Source of the DNA: Propionibacteriales bacterium
GTDB lineage: Bacteria > Actinomycetota > Actinomycetes > Propionibacteriales > Nocardioidaceae
Length of the DNA stretch: 64,000 nucleotides
Direction of reading: 5' to 3'
Assembly: GCA_038327385.1 (NCBI GenBank)
Contig: JBBQKY010000001.1
Coordinates: 4,218-68,217, forward strand
Positions 1 to 8,588 of the stretch are shown here, piece by piece. The first letter of the stretch is position 1. Every line of letters begins with the position of its first letter. A program made the position numbers and the translations under genes. The notes below the pieces were generated by a model that had not been told where the DNA came from, did not search any database, and saw nothing but the letters and a program-made list of their open reading frames with translations.

Positions 1-1
1 C

Positions 2-274
2 GTGATCGCCACCATGGACGCCGGCGACGTCGATCTCGCGATCCTCGACGGCGAGGCGTGGCCGGCGGGTGGACTCGGCATCTGTCGCCAGCTGAAGGAC
101 GAGATCTACCGCTGCCCGCCGATTCTCGTGCTCATCGGTCGGGCCGACGACCGCTGGCTGGCGACGTGGTCTCGCGCGGAGGCCGCCTTGACGCATCCGA
201 TCGATCCCATGGCGCTGGCGCAAGCGGTCGTGCGACTGCTCCAGCCGCGCGCCGACGTCGCCGCAACCGGCTGA
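2..274 (+). CDS. CheY-like receiver (REC) domain protein, C-terminal fragment; the 5' end lies outside the window
   Basis: The ORF is open to the window edge. DVDLAILDGEAWPAGGLGICRQLK...PILVLIGRADD...THPIDPMALAQAVVRLL resembles the distal half of a receiver domain. Confidence 0.4.
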   Translation: MIATMDAGDVDLAILDGEAWPAGGLGICRQLKDEIYRCPPILVLIGRADDRWLATWSRAEAALTHPIDPMALAQAVVRLLQPRADVAATG

Positions 275-281
275 GCGCCCG

Positions 282-1337
282 TTGGTGACCGACGCCAGCT
301 GGCCGGATGTGCTGTCCCGCCTCATTGACGGTCAGGACCTGAGCCCCGGCCAGGCGCGCTGGGTCATGCGCCAGATCCTCTCGGGACAGGCAACGGCAGC
401 ACAGATCTCCGGCTTCGCCGTCGGCCTGCGGGCAAAGGGGGAGACGGTCGCCGAGGTCGAGGGACTCGTCGAGACGATGTACGAGTTCGCCGCGCCCTGC
501 CCGGTGCAGGGACGCTGCGTCGACATCGTCGGGACCGGTGGAGATCGGTCGCGAACCGTCAACATCTCCACGATGGCGGCCCTCGTGGTGGCCGGCGCCG
601 GAGTTCCGGTGGTCAAGCACGGCAACCGTGCCGCATCCTCGGCCTGCGGGTCGGCCGACGTTCTCGAGGAGCTCGGGATTCGCCTCGACCTACCGCCGGA
701 GGTGGTCACGCGGATGGTTGCCGAGGTGGGGATCACCTTCTGTTTCGCCCCCGTCTTCCATGCCGCGCTGCGGCACTCAGCGGGCCCCAGACGTGAGCTG
801 GGAGTCGCGACGACCTTCAACTTCCTTGGCCCCCTCGCGAACCCCGGGCGGCCGGCGGCCCTGGCGGTGGGTGTCGCCGACCGCCGGATGGCGGGCGTCC
901 TTGCCGGTGTCCTCGCCGCCCGCGGCGTCGACGGGTTCGTCTTCCGCGGAGACGACGGCCTCGACGAGCTGACGACGACGACAACCTCGCAGATCTGGAG
1001 CATCTCCGCAGGCGGGGTCACCGAGGAGACCCTGGACCCGGCGGGTCTCGGCATCGCCAGGGCCGACCCGGCTGCCCTTGTCGGCGGCGACGCCCGGTTC
1101 AACGCGGCTGTCCTGCGGTCGGTGCTCGCCGGTGAGACCGGCGCCGTCCGCGACGCCGTACTCCTCAACGCGGCGGCCGGGATCGCGGCGTACGACCCTG
1201 ACACGAGGCAGCTCGAGACCCGCCTGCGAGACGCTTTGGAGCGAGCGACGGAGGCCGTGGACTCCGGTGCCGCCCAAGCGAAACTGACGCGCTGGCTGAC
1301 CGCAGTGGCGGCCGTCCCGAGCCCACGGCCGCACTGA
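282..1337 (+). CDS. trpD: Anthranilate phosphoribosyltransferase
   Basis: 351 aa. GTGGDRSRTVNISTMAALVVAGAGVPVVKHGNRAASSACGSADVLEELG is the TrpD / glycosyltransferase family 3 core. The start is TTG 282 or GTG 285. Confidence 0.9.
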   Translation: MVTDASWPDVLSRLIDGQDLSPGQARWVMRQILSGQATAAQISGFAVGLRAKGETVAEVEGLVETMYEFAAPCPVQGRCVDIVGTGGDRSRTVNISTMAALVVAGAGVPVVKHGNRAASSACGSADVLEELGIRLDLPPEVVTRMVAEVGITFCFAPVFHAALRHSAGPRRELGVATTFNFLGPLANPGRPAALAVGVADRRMAGVLAGVLAARGVDGFVFRGDDGLDELTTTTTSQIWSISAGGVTEETLDPAGLGIARADPAALVGGDARFNAAVLRSVLAGETGAVRDAVLLNAAAGIAAYDPDTRQLETRLRDALERATEAVDSGAAQAKLTRWLTAVAAVPSPRPH

Positions 1338-1468
1338 CCGTCCACAGCGGTTTCGTCTGCCCGGCCGTTTCCCACTAAACTTGGCCGGTGCGGCCTTGAC
1401 GGGGGGATTCAGGAGCTCGCAGGACGTCACTGCGCCGGCTGGTGGGGACCACCTGAGACGAGGACTGG

Positions 1469-2905
1469 ATGGACCTGGGTATCGAGCGGTTCGCGGGAGC
1501 ACGGGGGGTGCATCAGGCACCGCCCGAGCGCTCTTTCGGAGCGTCCGTCGGCCTCACGGTGCTCGGTGCCGTCGTCCCGGGCAGTGGCTTCTGGTTCGCG
1601 GGTCGCAGACGCCTGGGGATCACCGTCGTCGGGATAGCCCTGGCTGTCGTCCTCACCGCCTTGCTGGTCGGACTGCTGAACCCTCGGCTCTACCTGCACT
1701 CGGTAGTCCAGCCCAACCGGCTGCTCGCGATCACCGTCGGTTTCATCGTCCTTGCGCTGGCCTGGATGGCCGTGATCGTGTTCAGCCACCTCGTGCTCCG
1801 CCCCGCTCATCTGACCGACGTGCAGCGCGTGATCGGCGTCTGCGTCGCCATGGTGCTGTGCTTCCTGGTCGCCGTCCCGTTCGCCGTCGCGTCCCGCGAC
1901 GCCTACGCCACGCGAGACTTCATCAAGCACGTCTTCAAGAACGACGTGAGCAGCAAGACGACCCCGAAGAACGTGACTGCCGACAATCCCTGGGCGGGGA
2001 GTCCGCGGGTTAACATCCTGCTGCTCGGCGGTGATGGCGGGCTCGGCCGCATCGGGGTCCGGACCGACTCCATGATCGTCGCCAGCATCGACACCACGAC
2101 CGGCAACACGGTGCTGTTCAGCCTTCCCCGCAACCTGGAGGATGCCCCGTTCCCACCGGGCTCCCGGCTCGCGAAGGCGTATCCGAACGGTTTCACGGGG
2201 CCGGGCGACATCGGCAACTGGCTGCTCAACGCGATCTATCGGATGGTTCCACAGGAGCATCCCGGGCTGCTCGGACCGACCGACAACGAGGGCGCCGACG
2301 CGCTGAAGATGTCGGTCTCACAGATCCTGGGCATCGACGTCAACTACTACGTGCTGATCAACCTCAACGGCTTCGTCGAGCTCGTCAACGCACTCGGTGG
2401 GATCACGGTCAACGTCAGCCAGGTCGCGCCGATCGGCGGGAACCACGACCTGAACGTCCCGCCAACCGGCTACATCCAGCCAGGCCCGAACAAGCACCTC
2501 AACGGTTTCCAGGCCCTGTGGTTCGCTCGGGGGCGCTGGACGACCGACGACTACGACCGGATGCAGCGCCAGCGCTGTGTTATCGACGCCGTCATCCAGC
2601 AGGCGAATCCCGCGAACCTCCTCGTGCGTTACCAGCAGATCGCCGAGGCGGGCCAGAAGATCGCCCGAACAGACATCCCGCAGGCGCTGCTGCCGGCTTT
2701 GGTGGACCTCGGGCTCAAGGTGAAGGACGGCAAGGTCCGCAGCGTCGTCTTCCAGCCGAACGCGCACTTCGACCCGGCGTCACCGGACTTCGCGTACATG
2801 CGCGGCGTCGTCCAGAAGGCGCTGAGCCCGTCGACGCCGGGCACCACCAAGCCGAAGATCATCCAGCAGCCCAAGACGGCCTGCGCCTACAACCCGGTGA
2901 AGTGA
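1469..2905 (+). CDS. LytR-CpsA-Psr (LCP) family cell-wall glycopolymer ligase
   Basis: 478 aa. N-terminal TM helices are followed by LLLGGDGG...RTDSMIVASIDTTTGNTVLFSLPRN and NYYVLINLNGF, the typical LCP core. Confidence 0.8.
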   Translation: MDLGIERFAGARGVHQAPPERSFGASVGLTVLGAVVPGSGFWFAGRRRLGITVVGIALAVVLTALLVGLLNPRLYLHSVVQPNRLLAITVGFIVLALAWMAVIVFSHLVLRPAHLTDVQRVIGVCVAMVLCFLVAVPFAVASRDAYATRDFIKHVFKNDVSSKTTPKNVTADNPWAGSPRVNILLLGGDGGLGRIGVRTDSMIVASIDTTTGNTVLFSLPRNLEDAPFPPGSRLAKAYPNGFTGPGDIGNWLLNAIYRMVPQEHPGLLGPTDNEGADALKMSVSQILGIDVNYYVLINLNGFVELVNALGGITVNVSQVAPIGGNHDLNVPPTGYIQPGPNKHLNGFQALWFARGRWTTDDYDRMQRQRCVIDAVIQQANPANLLVRYQQIAEAGQKIARTDIPQALLPALVDLGLKVKDGKVRSVVFQPNAHFDPASPDFAYMRGVVQKALSPSTPGTTKPKIIQQPKTACAYNPVK

Positions 2906-2951
2906 CGGCGTCCGGCGGGTCGTCGGGGTCGGCTCGTCCGTCGACGCCGGC

Positions 2952-3233
2952 TTAGCCGTCGGCTCCTAGGGAGAACGCCGCCTCCAGGTCCTTGCTCGAG
3001 TAGGTGCGGAACGCGATGTGCGTGGCGGTGGACTGAACACCTGGAATCTTGTTCACGTGATCAGGAACAAGAGAGGCGATCTCGTCGTGGTCGGCAACTC
3101 TGACCAAGGCGATGAGGTCGATCTCACCGGTCACCGAGTAGACCTCACTGACTCCGTCGATAGCGGCGATCTGGGTCGCCACCTCGGGAATCCTGGCGAC
3201 GTCGGCCTTGATGAACACGATCGCGGTGATCAC
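2952..3233 (-). CDS. Small Lrp/AsnC ligand-binding (RAM) domain protein
   Basis: 93 aa (VITAIVFIKADVARIPEVATQIAAIDGVSEVYSVTGEIDLIALVRV...). GTG 3233 sits 4 nt after an AGGAGG (3238-3243, minus strand). The longer 202-aa ORF extension is Arg/Pro-rich junk. Confidence 0.7.
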   Translation of the reverse strand: MITAIVFIKADVARIPEVATQIAAIDGVSEVYSVTGEIDLIALVRVADHDEIASLVPDHVNKIPGVQSTATHIAFRTYSSKDLEAAFSLGADG

Positions 3234-3312
3234 GGAGCCTCCTGCGACGCTGGCATCCTCGCAGCCTATCGGGGGAAGCCGGCGGGGGCGCCGGTTGCTC
3301 TCACGGGTCTGC

Positions 3313-5121
3313 TCACCGTGGCGGTCTACTGAGGGTGGCGCTGTGTCGCGGGTTGTCGAACGGCACCAGGGACTCCCGCGACGTCGAGATGGACTCGAGC
3401 AGGCCGCGTTGGGACTCCGCCCCGGCAAGGGGACAGCTCCACTCACCGTCGAGGTCGATGAGGCGGACGCCGGGCTTCTCCAGCCACCGCAGGATCTTCT
3501 CGGACTCTTCGGCGGTGGCCGCAGGAGTGGGGCCGAAGCCGGGAAGCACCGTCTCCGCACTGGTCTTGAGGGCGTCGGTCCAGGCCCGCGCGTCCGTGCC
3601 GGGAGGGATCATGCCCGCGCAGGCCAGCCGGCCGTAACGGACCACGTGGACCTCCCACTCACGTTGGTCGTTTCGCCGAGCTGCGACGATCTCGGGGCAG
3701 GAGGTCAAGGCGCTGAGACGCTGGGTGCGGACGGCGGCGCGAACGAAGCTGACCAGGCGATCACGCTGCCGGGTGGCGTCCTCGAAGCGCTGGTCGTCGG
3801 ACAGCGCGAGCATCCGGCCGCGCAGCGTCTCCATGACGGCGGAGGGGCTGCCGGTGAAGGAGCCGCGAACGCGGGCAACCGTGTCGGAGTACGCCGCGAC
3901 CGTCGCCGTGCCGTCGCAGGGGGACAGGCACTTGCCCATCTCTGCGAGCGCGCAGGCGTTGCCTCGGGGCTGGCGAGCCAGTCGACCGGCACACTGCCGG
4001 ATGGGAAAGCTGTCGTGCAACGCCGCCATGGCGCTCAGCGCGGCGGCGCGGGAGCCGAAGGGCCCGAGGTAGGTGGCTCCGTCCCTGGCAACCTGGGTGA
4101 CCAGCGAGAGCCGGGGCCACGGCTCCACGGTGAGCTTGAGCCACGTCGACCGCTCGGGGAACTTCGAACGCCTGTTGTAACGCGGCTTGTGCTCGGCGAT
4201 GATGCGCAGCTCGCGAACCTCGGCTTCGAGCGCGGTGGTGCACGCGACGGCCTGCACAATGGTGGCAAGTCCCACCATCTCGCCCATCCGCGACCGGGTC
4301 TCGCTGGCGGTGAAGTAGGTACGGACGCGGCTGCGCACGTCCCGCGACGTACCGACGTAGAGGACGCTGCCACGTCCGTCACGGAAGAGGTAGACGCCGG
4401 GCACACTCGGGAGGTTCTCGGCGAGATGTCGTTTCCTGCGCTGTGCGACGCTGACCCGTGAGGAGAAGGTCTGCAGCTCCTCGAGCGTGTGCACCCCGAG
4501 GTTCCCGAGCCGCTCCATCAGGCCGTGCAGCACGTCGACCGTCGCGCGGGCGTCAGACAGCGCCCGGTGGTCGGGGATGGTGGCGGCCCGGAACAGCCGG
4601 GCGAGTGAGGAAAGCTTGCAGTTGGGGGCGTCGTCGCGGGTGACGACCCGCCGCGCGAGCTTGGCGGTGTCCAGGACCTCGAAATGCGGCCAGGAGATCC
4701 CGAGCGCAGCGGCGTTGTGCCGCAGGAAGCCGATGTCGAAGGGCGCGTTGTGCGCCACCAGCACCGCCCCGCTGGCGAACTCGAGGAAACCGGGAAGCGC
4801 GGCTGCGATCGAGGGCGCGTCCGCGACCATCTGGTTGGTGATCCCGGTCAGCACGCTGATGAAGGGTGGAATCGGGTCACTGGGCCGGACCAGGGTCTGG
4901 AACTCGCCGAGCCGCTCACCGCCGCACACCTTGACCGCGCCGATCTCGGTGATGGAGGAGCCTGCGCTGACCGAGCCGCCGGTGGTCTCGAGGTCGACCA
5001 CGACGAAGGTCACCTCCCGCAACAAGGTGCCCAGCTCATCGAAGGTCTGCTGAACGGCGGCTCCGCGCCCCCAGGAGGATGCCGGACCGGAGGTGCCCTC
5101 GTGCTGCGCCAGGGTCGTCAT
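3313..5121 (-). CDS. DEDD 3'-5' exonuclease (DnaQ-like) fused to a GIY-YIG (UvrC/Cho-like) nuclease domain; Rv2191-like
   Basis: 602 aa from ATG 5121. FVVVDLETTGG...ITEIGAVKV...LVAHNAPFDIGFL gives the Exo I-III motifs. PGVYLFRDGRGSVLYVGTSRDVRSRVRTYF is the GIY-YIG motif. The N-terminal 109 codons of the longest ORF were trimmed. Confidence 0.8.
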   Translation of the reverse strand: MTTLAQHEGTSGPASSWGRGAAVQQTFDELGTLLREVTFVVVDLETTGGSVSAGSSITEIGAVKVCGGERLGEFQTLVRPSDPIPPFISVLTGITNQMVADAPSIAAALPGFLEFASGAVLVAHNAPFDIGFLRHNAAALGISWPHFEVLDTAKLARRVVTRDDAPNCKLSSLARLFRAATIPDHRALSDARATVDVLHGLMERLGNLGVHTLEELQTFSSRVSVAQRRKRHLAENLPSVPGVYLFRDGRGSVLYVGTSRDVRSRVRTYFTASETRSRMGEMVGLATIVQAVACTTALEAEVRELRIIAEHKPRYNRRSKFPERSTWLKLTVEPWPRLSLVTQVARDGATYLGPFGSRAAALSAMAALHDSFPIRQCAGRLARQPRGNACALAEMGKCLSPCDGTATVAAYSDTVARVRGSFTGSPSAVMETLRGRMLALSDDQRFEDATRQRDRLVSFVRAAVRTQRLSALTSCPEIVAARRNDQREWEVHVVRYGRLACAGMIPPGTDARAWTDALKTSAETVLPGFGPTPAATAEESEKILRWLEKPGVRLIDLDGEWSCPLAGAESQRGLLESISTSRESLVPFDNPRHSATLSRPPR

Positions 5122-5318
5122 ACCTCGAGACGCTAGGACCGAGCACCGACGAAAACTGCCCGGACACTCCGAGACGGGAGGTCCGCGACCGCGCGCGCAC
5201 CTGTGGTCCGTGATCGGCTTTGGTGCCTCTGAGACCATCGAGATATGAGAGCGGTGCTGGGCGCGGTCGAGGGCGGGCGCCGCTCTGCTCTCTGCGCCGT
5301 CGCGGGCCGGGAGCCGTG

Positions 5319-6617
5319 ATGAACGCTGACGAGCTGCCCGCCGACGTCCGCGCAGCGGTGATCTCGCTGGCCAGCGACGGCGTTGGCCGGATGCCTGCGG
5401 CGCAGGTGCCGGCTGGGATCCGGAGGTCGGCATCGTTCGCGCCCGCACGACGGGCGAAGCTCGTCGGCAGACAGATCGTCGAAGCCGTCACGACCGACGA
5501 CGACTTCCGCGAGCGGCTGGCCGTCCAGGTGAGGGCGATGGCGTCCGCGACGGTGACAGCACTCGAGGGGGAGGCGGAGATACCAGCCGCCGAGATCGCC
5601 CGAGCAGCAGCCGTCGCGTACCTGCTCCGCACCGAAGGGTGGCGAGACGTCGTCGCGGGAGCCGCTGCTGCCGAGCGGCACGGTCGGGGCGGCTCGGGGG
5701 AGCGGTCAGCTGCCGGCGTGGAGCGGCTCAATGCGCAGCTGCGGCAGGCACAAGCCGATGCCAGGCAGCAGCGTGACAAGCTGCGGGCCCAGATCGACCG
5801 GCTCAAACACGACAACGCGACCTTGCGCCGTACTCTCGGCCAGACTCGGGTCGAGCTCAAGGATGCGTTGTCCAGCACCGCCCGGGCCGCTGGCGAGCTC
5901 GACGACGTACGACATGCTGCGGACGTCGCGATGCGGGAAGCCGCTGCGGAGGCCCGGCGGCTGCGGGCGAGAGTCAGCGACCTCGAGGGCGCGTCGACTG
6001 CCGTCAGGCGCGTTGCCCGTGACGACAGGGACGCCGAAGTGGTGCGCCTGCGGCTGCTCATCGAGACGATGATGGAGGCCGCCAGCGGGCTTCGGCGTGA
6101 GCTGGCGCTGCCGGCGTCCTCGGCGTTCCCCGCGGACGGCGTCGACGCACTCGAGCCGGGGCCTGCATCGGCCGCGTCCCAGGTCGGCAGAGCTCTGCTG
6201 TCGGATGACCCAGCCCTCCTTCGCAGGCTGCTGGAGCTGCCCCGCGTGCACCTGATCGTCGACGGCTACAACGTGTCCAAGGAGGCGTGGCCCTCAGCAC
6301 CGCTCGAGCAGCAACGCACGCGGCTGGTGGCCGGGCTGGCGGGGCTCGTCGGCGGCAAGGGCGTGGAGACCACGGTCGTCTTCGACGGCGCCGACCTGCT
6401 GCACACACCCGCCGTACCGTCGCCGCGCGCGGTACGGGTCCGATTCAGCCCGCCGGGCGTGATCGCCGACGACATCATCCGTCAGCTCGTCGCCGCCGAG
6501 CCGAGCGGCCGGCCCGTCGTCGTCGTCTCGACCGACCGGGAAGTCGCTGAGAGCGTCACGAAGATGGGCGCGCGATCAGTAGCGTCCGCTGGGCTTGTCG
6601 CCGTGCTCGGTCGCTGA
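5319..6617 (+). CDS. Coiled-coil protein with a C-terminal NYN/PIN-like (YacP-type) nuclease domain
   Basis: 432 aa from ATG 5319. The central region is heptad-rich (RLNAQLRQAQADARQQRDKLRAQIDRLKHDN...). The C-terminus reads LIVDGYNVSK...TTVVFDGADL...VVVVSTDREVAESV, which is YacP/NYN-like. Confidence 0.6.
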   Translation: MNADELPADVRAAVISLASDGVGRMPAAQVPAGIRRSASFAPARRAKLVGRQIVEAVTTDDDFRERLAVQVRAMASATVTALEGEAEIPAAEIARAAAVAYLLRTEGWRDVVAGAAAAERHGRGGSGERSAAGVERLNAQLRQAQADARQQRDKLRAQIDRLKHDNATLRRTLGQTRVELKDALSSTARAAGELDDVRHAADVAMREAAAEARRLRARVSDLEGASTAVRRVARDDRDAEVVRLRLLIETMMEAASGLRRELALPASSAFPADGVDALEPGPASAASQVGRALLSDDPALLRRLLELPRVHLIVDGYNVSKEAWPSAPLEQQRTRLVAGLAGLVGGKGVETTVVFDGADLLHTPAVPSPRAVRVRFSPPGVIADDIIRQLVAAEPSGRPVVVVSTDREVAESVTKMGARSVASAGLVAVLGR

Positions 6618-6787
6618 CCTGGCGCACGGGATCGCGCCTATGCGCGGGAGTTGCGCCGGTCGGGCAGCGGCACGACGCTCGAACCGCACATGTGCGCGGA
6701 AGTTGCGTTCGGCGGCGGCGGCGGGAACTGTCGGAGGTGCGCCCTAGCGTCGTACCCACAGCTCGACCGAGCCGACCGGAGGTCACC

Positions 6788-7114
6788 ATGGCGTACGACG
6801 CAGCACAGCCCGACCACGACGCACCCGCCACGTGGGCGGCTACCGCGCATGCCCTCGACCGAGCCGACCGGAGTGCTGCTGCCGGTCCGACCAGCGCTGC
6901 CGCCACGCCGCTGCTGATCGACTGCGACACCTGCCAGGTCCGCGGCATCGGGTGTGCCGACTGCGTGGTCACCGTTCTGCTCGGCGGACCGCCGGACGGG
7001 GTGAGCCTCAACGACGAGGAGAGGCAAGCCGTCGAGGTGCTGGCCGCTGCTGGCCTCGTTCCACCGCTGCGGCTTGTCAGTGCGCTCGCGAGCGAGGTCG
7101 TCGAGACAGCCTGA
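6788..7114 (+). CDS. Small hypothetical protein with a CxxC-x6-CxxC motif
   Basis: 108 aa. ATG 6788 is preceded by GGAGG (6778-6782). The motif is LIDCDTCQVRGIGCADCVVTVLLGG. GC3 is high. I did not recognise a family. Confidence 0.5.
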   Translation: MAYDAAQPDHDAPATWAATAHALDRADRSAAAGPTSAAATPLLIDCDTCQVRGIGCADCVVTVLLGGPPDGVSLNDEERQAVEVLAAAGLVPPLRLVSALASEVVETA

Positions 7115-7194
7115 CGCGGGTCACGGCCGACCTGCCGGGTCGTCCACAGCGTCGAGGAGGGGTTGGTCCTATCGGTGCGGGTCTGTAGTGTGAG

Positions 7195-7299
7195 CCACTG
7201 GTCTCCGCTGAAGCCAGCCAGGCAGGGTGGGCTCGGAGGCCGCGCCGGTGCGGTGGGGACCGAGGCACGGGCGTCCGAGCCAAGAGGAGACCGTCGACC
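7195..7299 (+). promoter_or_regulatory. Structured 5' leader, candidate ydaO-type (c-di-AMP) riboswitch that sequesters the SD of the NlpC/P60 gene
   Basis: GGTCTCC (7200-7206) pairs perfectly with GGAGACC (7286-7292), which contains the SD. Nested helices are CTCGG/CCGAG and CCGC/GCGG. The words CCGCUGAAGCC, GGUGGGGACC and CACGGGCGUCCGAGCC resemble ydaO conserved segments as I recall them. Confidence 0.4.
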
Positions 7300-8553
7300 T
7301 TGTCGCACGGCCACTACGACCACGACCTCGATCAGTATCGGTCCTCTGCGGCCCGCCATCGCCGGACCACCGACTGCCAGCAGGACGCCCAGCAGCAGAG
7401 TCCGGCGCGCCATCTCGAGCCGCCGGCACGCAACATTGCGGCCGGCAGACGCCTCGGTGTCGTTGGTGCGGCCGCCACCCTGTCGGCGCTGCTGCTCGTC
7501 CCGGCAGCCGTCAGCGCGGATCCCGCGAGTCCGTCCGGCAAGCACCCGGCAACCTCGATCAGCCAGGTCCAGGCTCGCCTCGACACACTGAACCACCAGG
7601 CGGAGGTGGCGACAGAGGCCTACGACACCGTCAAGGTGGCGATGCAGCAGGCGCAGGCGCGGATGACGGGGCTGCAGGCCGACCTCGACCGCGAGCGGTC
7701 GAGAGTGGCGGCTCTGCGCAGCGCGATCGTCGGGGCGGCGTTGTCGGACTTCTCGAGCAGTGGGGGCCTCTCCACGAGCTCGTCCTTCCTGGTAGCCAAG
7801 AAGCCGAGCGAGTTCATCCAGGCACTTGCGACGACCGCGGTGGTCGAACACCGACAGGCGGCGCTGCTCACGCAGTTCAGGCAGCAGCAGAACGAGCTCG
7901 GGATCCAGGAGCAACAGGCCGAGCGTGAGCTGTCGTCGATCCAGGCCGACCGGGCGGAGCTCGCCAAGCAGCGGTCCATGGTGGAGAGCAAGCTCGCCGA
8001 CGCCAGGAAACTGCTGGGACAGCTCAAGGCGAAGGCGCGGCAGCGGGTGCTCGCCCTGCAGCGGCAGGCCGAGGCGACCGCGGCGGCCGTCGCGACAAGC
8101 CGCGCAACCATCCGGCCGCCGACGTCGGCACCGACTTCGGCTCCTGTTCCGGCCGCAGCTCCGGCGCCCGCTCCCGCAGCACCGCCGGCCGCGGCGCCGG
8201 CGTCCGGGCGAGCCGCAGTCGCCGTCGCGACGGCGCTCGCGCAGCTCGGGAAGCCGTACGTCTGGGCCACCGCGGGCCCCAACACGTTCGACTGCTCCGG
8301 CCTCACGATGTATGCGTGGGCTGCCGCCGGCGTCTCGTTGTCGCACTCGTCCTCGGTGCAGTCCCAGGAAGGCGTCCCGGTCTCCATCTCCAGCCTGCAG
8401 CCGGGGGACCTGGTCTTCTACTACTCGCCGGTGTCCCATGTGGCGATGTACATCGGCAACGGCCAGGTGGTGCACGCGCCGCACACCGGGTCTGTCGTGC
8501 AGATCGTGCCGCTCACCTCGATGCCGATCGCGTGGGCCCGCCGCGTCGGCTGA
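7300..8553 (+). CDS. RipA/RipC-like peptidoglycan endopeptidase: signal peptide, coiled-coil and a C-terminal NlpC/P60 domain
   Basis: 417 aa. The C-terminus is GKPYVWATAGPNTFDCSGLTMYAWAAAGVSLSHSS...GDLVFYYSPVSHVAMYIGNGQVVHAP, with the Cys-His catalytic pattern. The TTG start at 7300 is uncertain. Confidence 0.85.
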   Translation: MSHGHYDHDLDQYRSSAARHRRTTDCQQDAQQQSPARHLEPPARNIAAGRRLGVVGAAATLSALLLVPAAVSADPASPSGKHPATSISQVQARLDTLNHQAEVATEAYDTVKVAMQQAQARMTGLQADLDRERSRVAALRSAIVGAALSDFSSSGGLSTSSSFLVAKKPSEFIQALATTAVVEHRQAALLTQFRQQQNELGIQEQQAERELSSIQADRAELAKQRSMVESKLADARKLLGQLKAKARQRVLALQRQAEATAAAVATSRATIRPPTSAPTSAPVPAAAPAPAPAAPPAAAPASGRAAVAVATALAQLGKPYVWATAGPNTFDCSGLTMYAWAAAGVSLSHSSSVQSQEGVPVSISSLQPGDLVFYYSPVSHVAMYIGNGQVVHAPHTGSVVQIVPLTSMPIAWARRVG

Positions 8554-8588
8554 CCGCTGACTCCGCCCGCCGGTCCTAGGATTGGCCG

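Noticed and set aside
3313-5448. N-terminal extensions of the longest ORFs: 3313-5448, 11129-13213, 16129-17061, 19168-20103, 32552-36571, 40088-42874, 42427-44346, 43749-44846, 53214-54725, 59451-60725 and 61274-62191.
   Set aside because: The extensions overlap upstream genes or are Arg/Pro-rich and lack SD sequences. Internal starts with an SD and/or a stop-start overlap match known family N-termini.
6680-6711. The CGAAC ... GTTCG half-sites as a LexA box.
   Set aside because: The half-sites are 22 nt apart instead of 4. This does not fit the TCGAAC-N4-GTTCGA operator. Only the inner 12-bp palindrome is noted.
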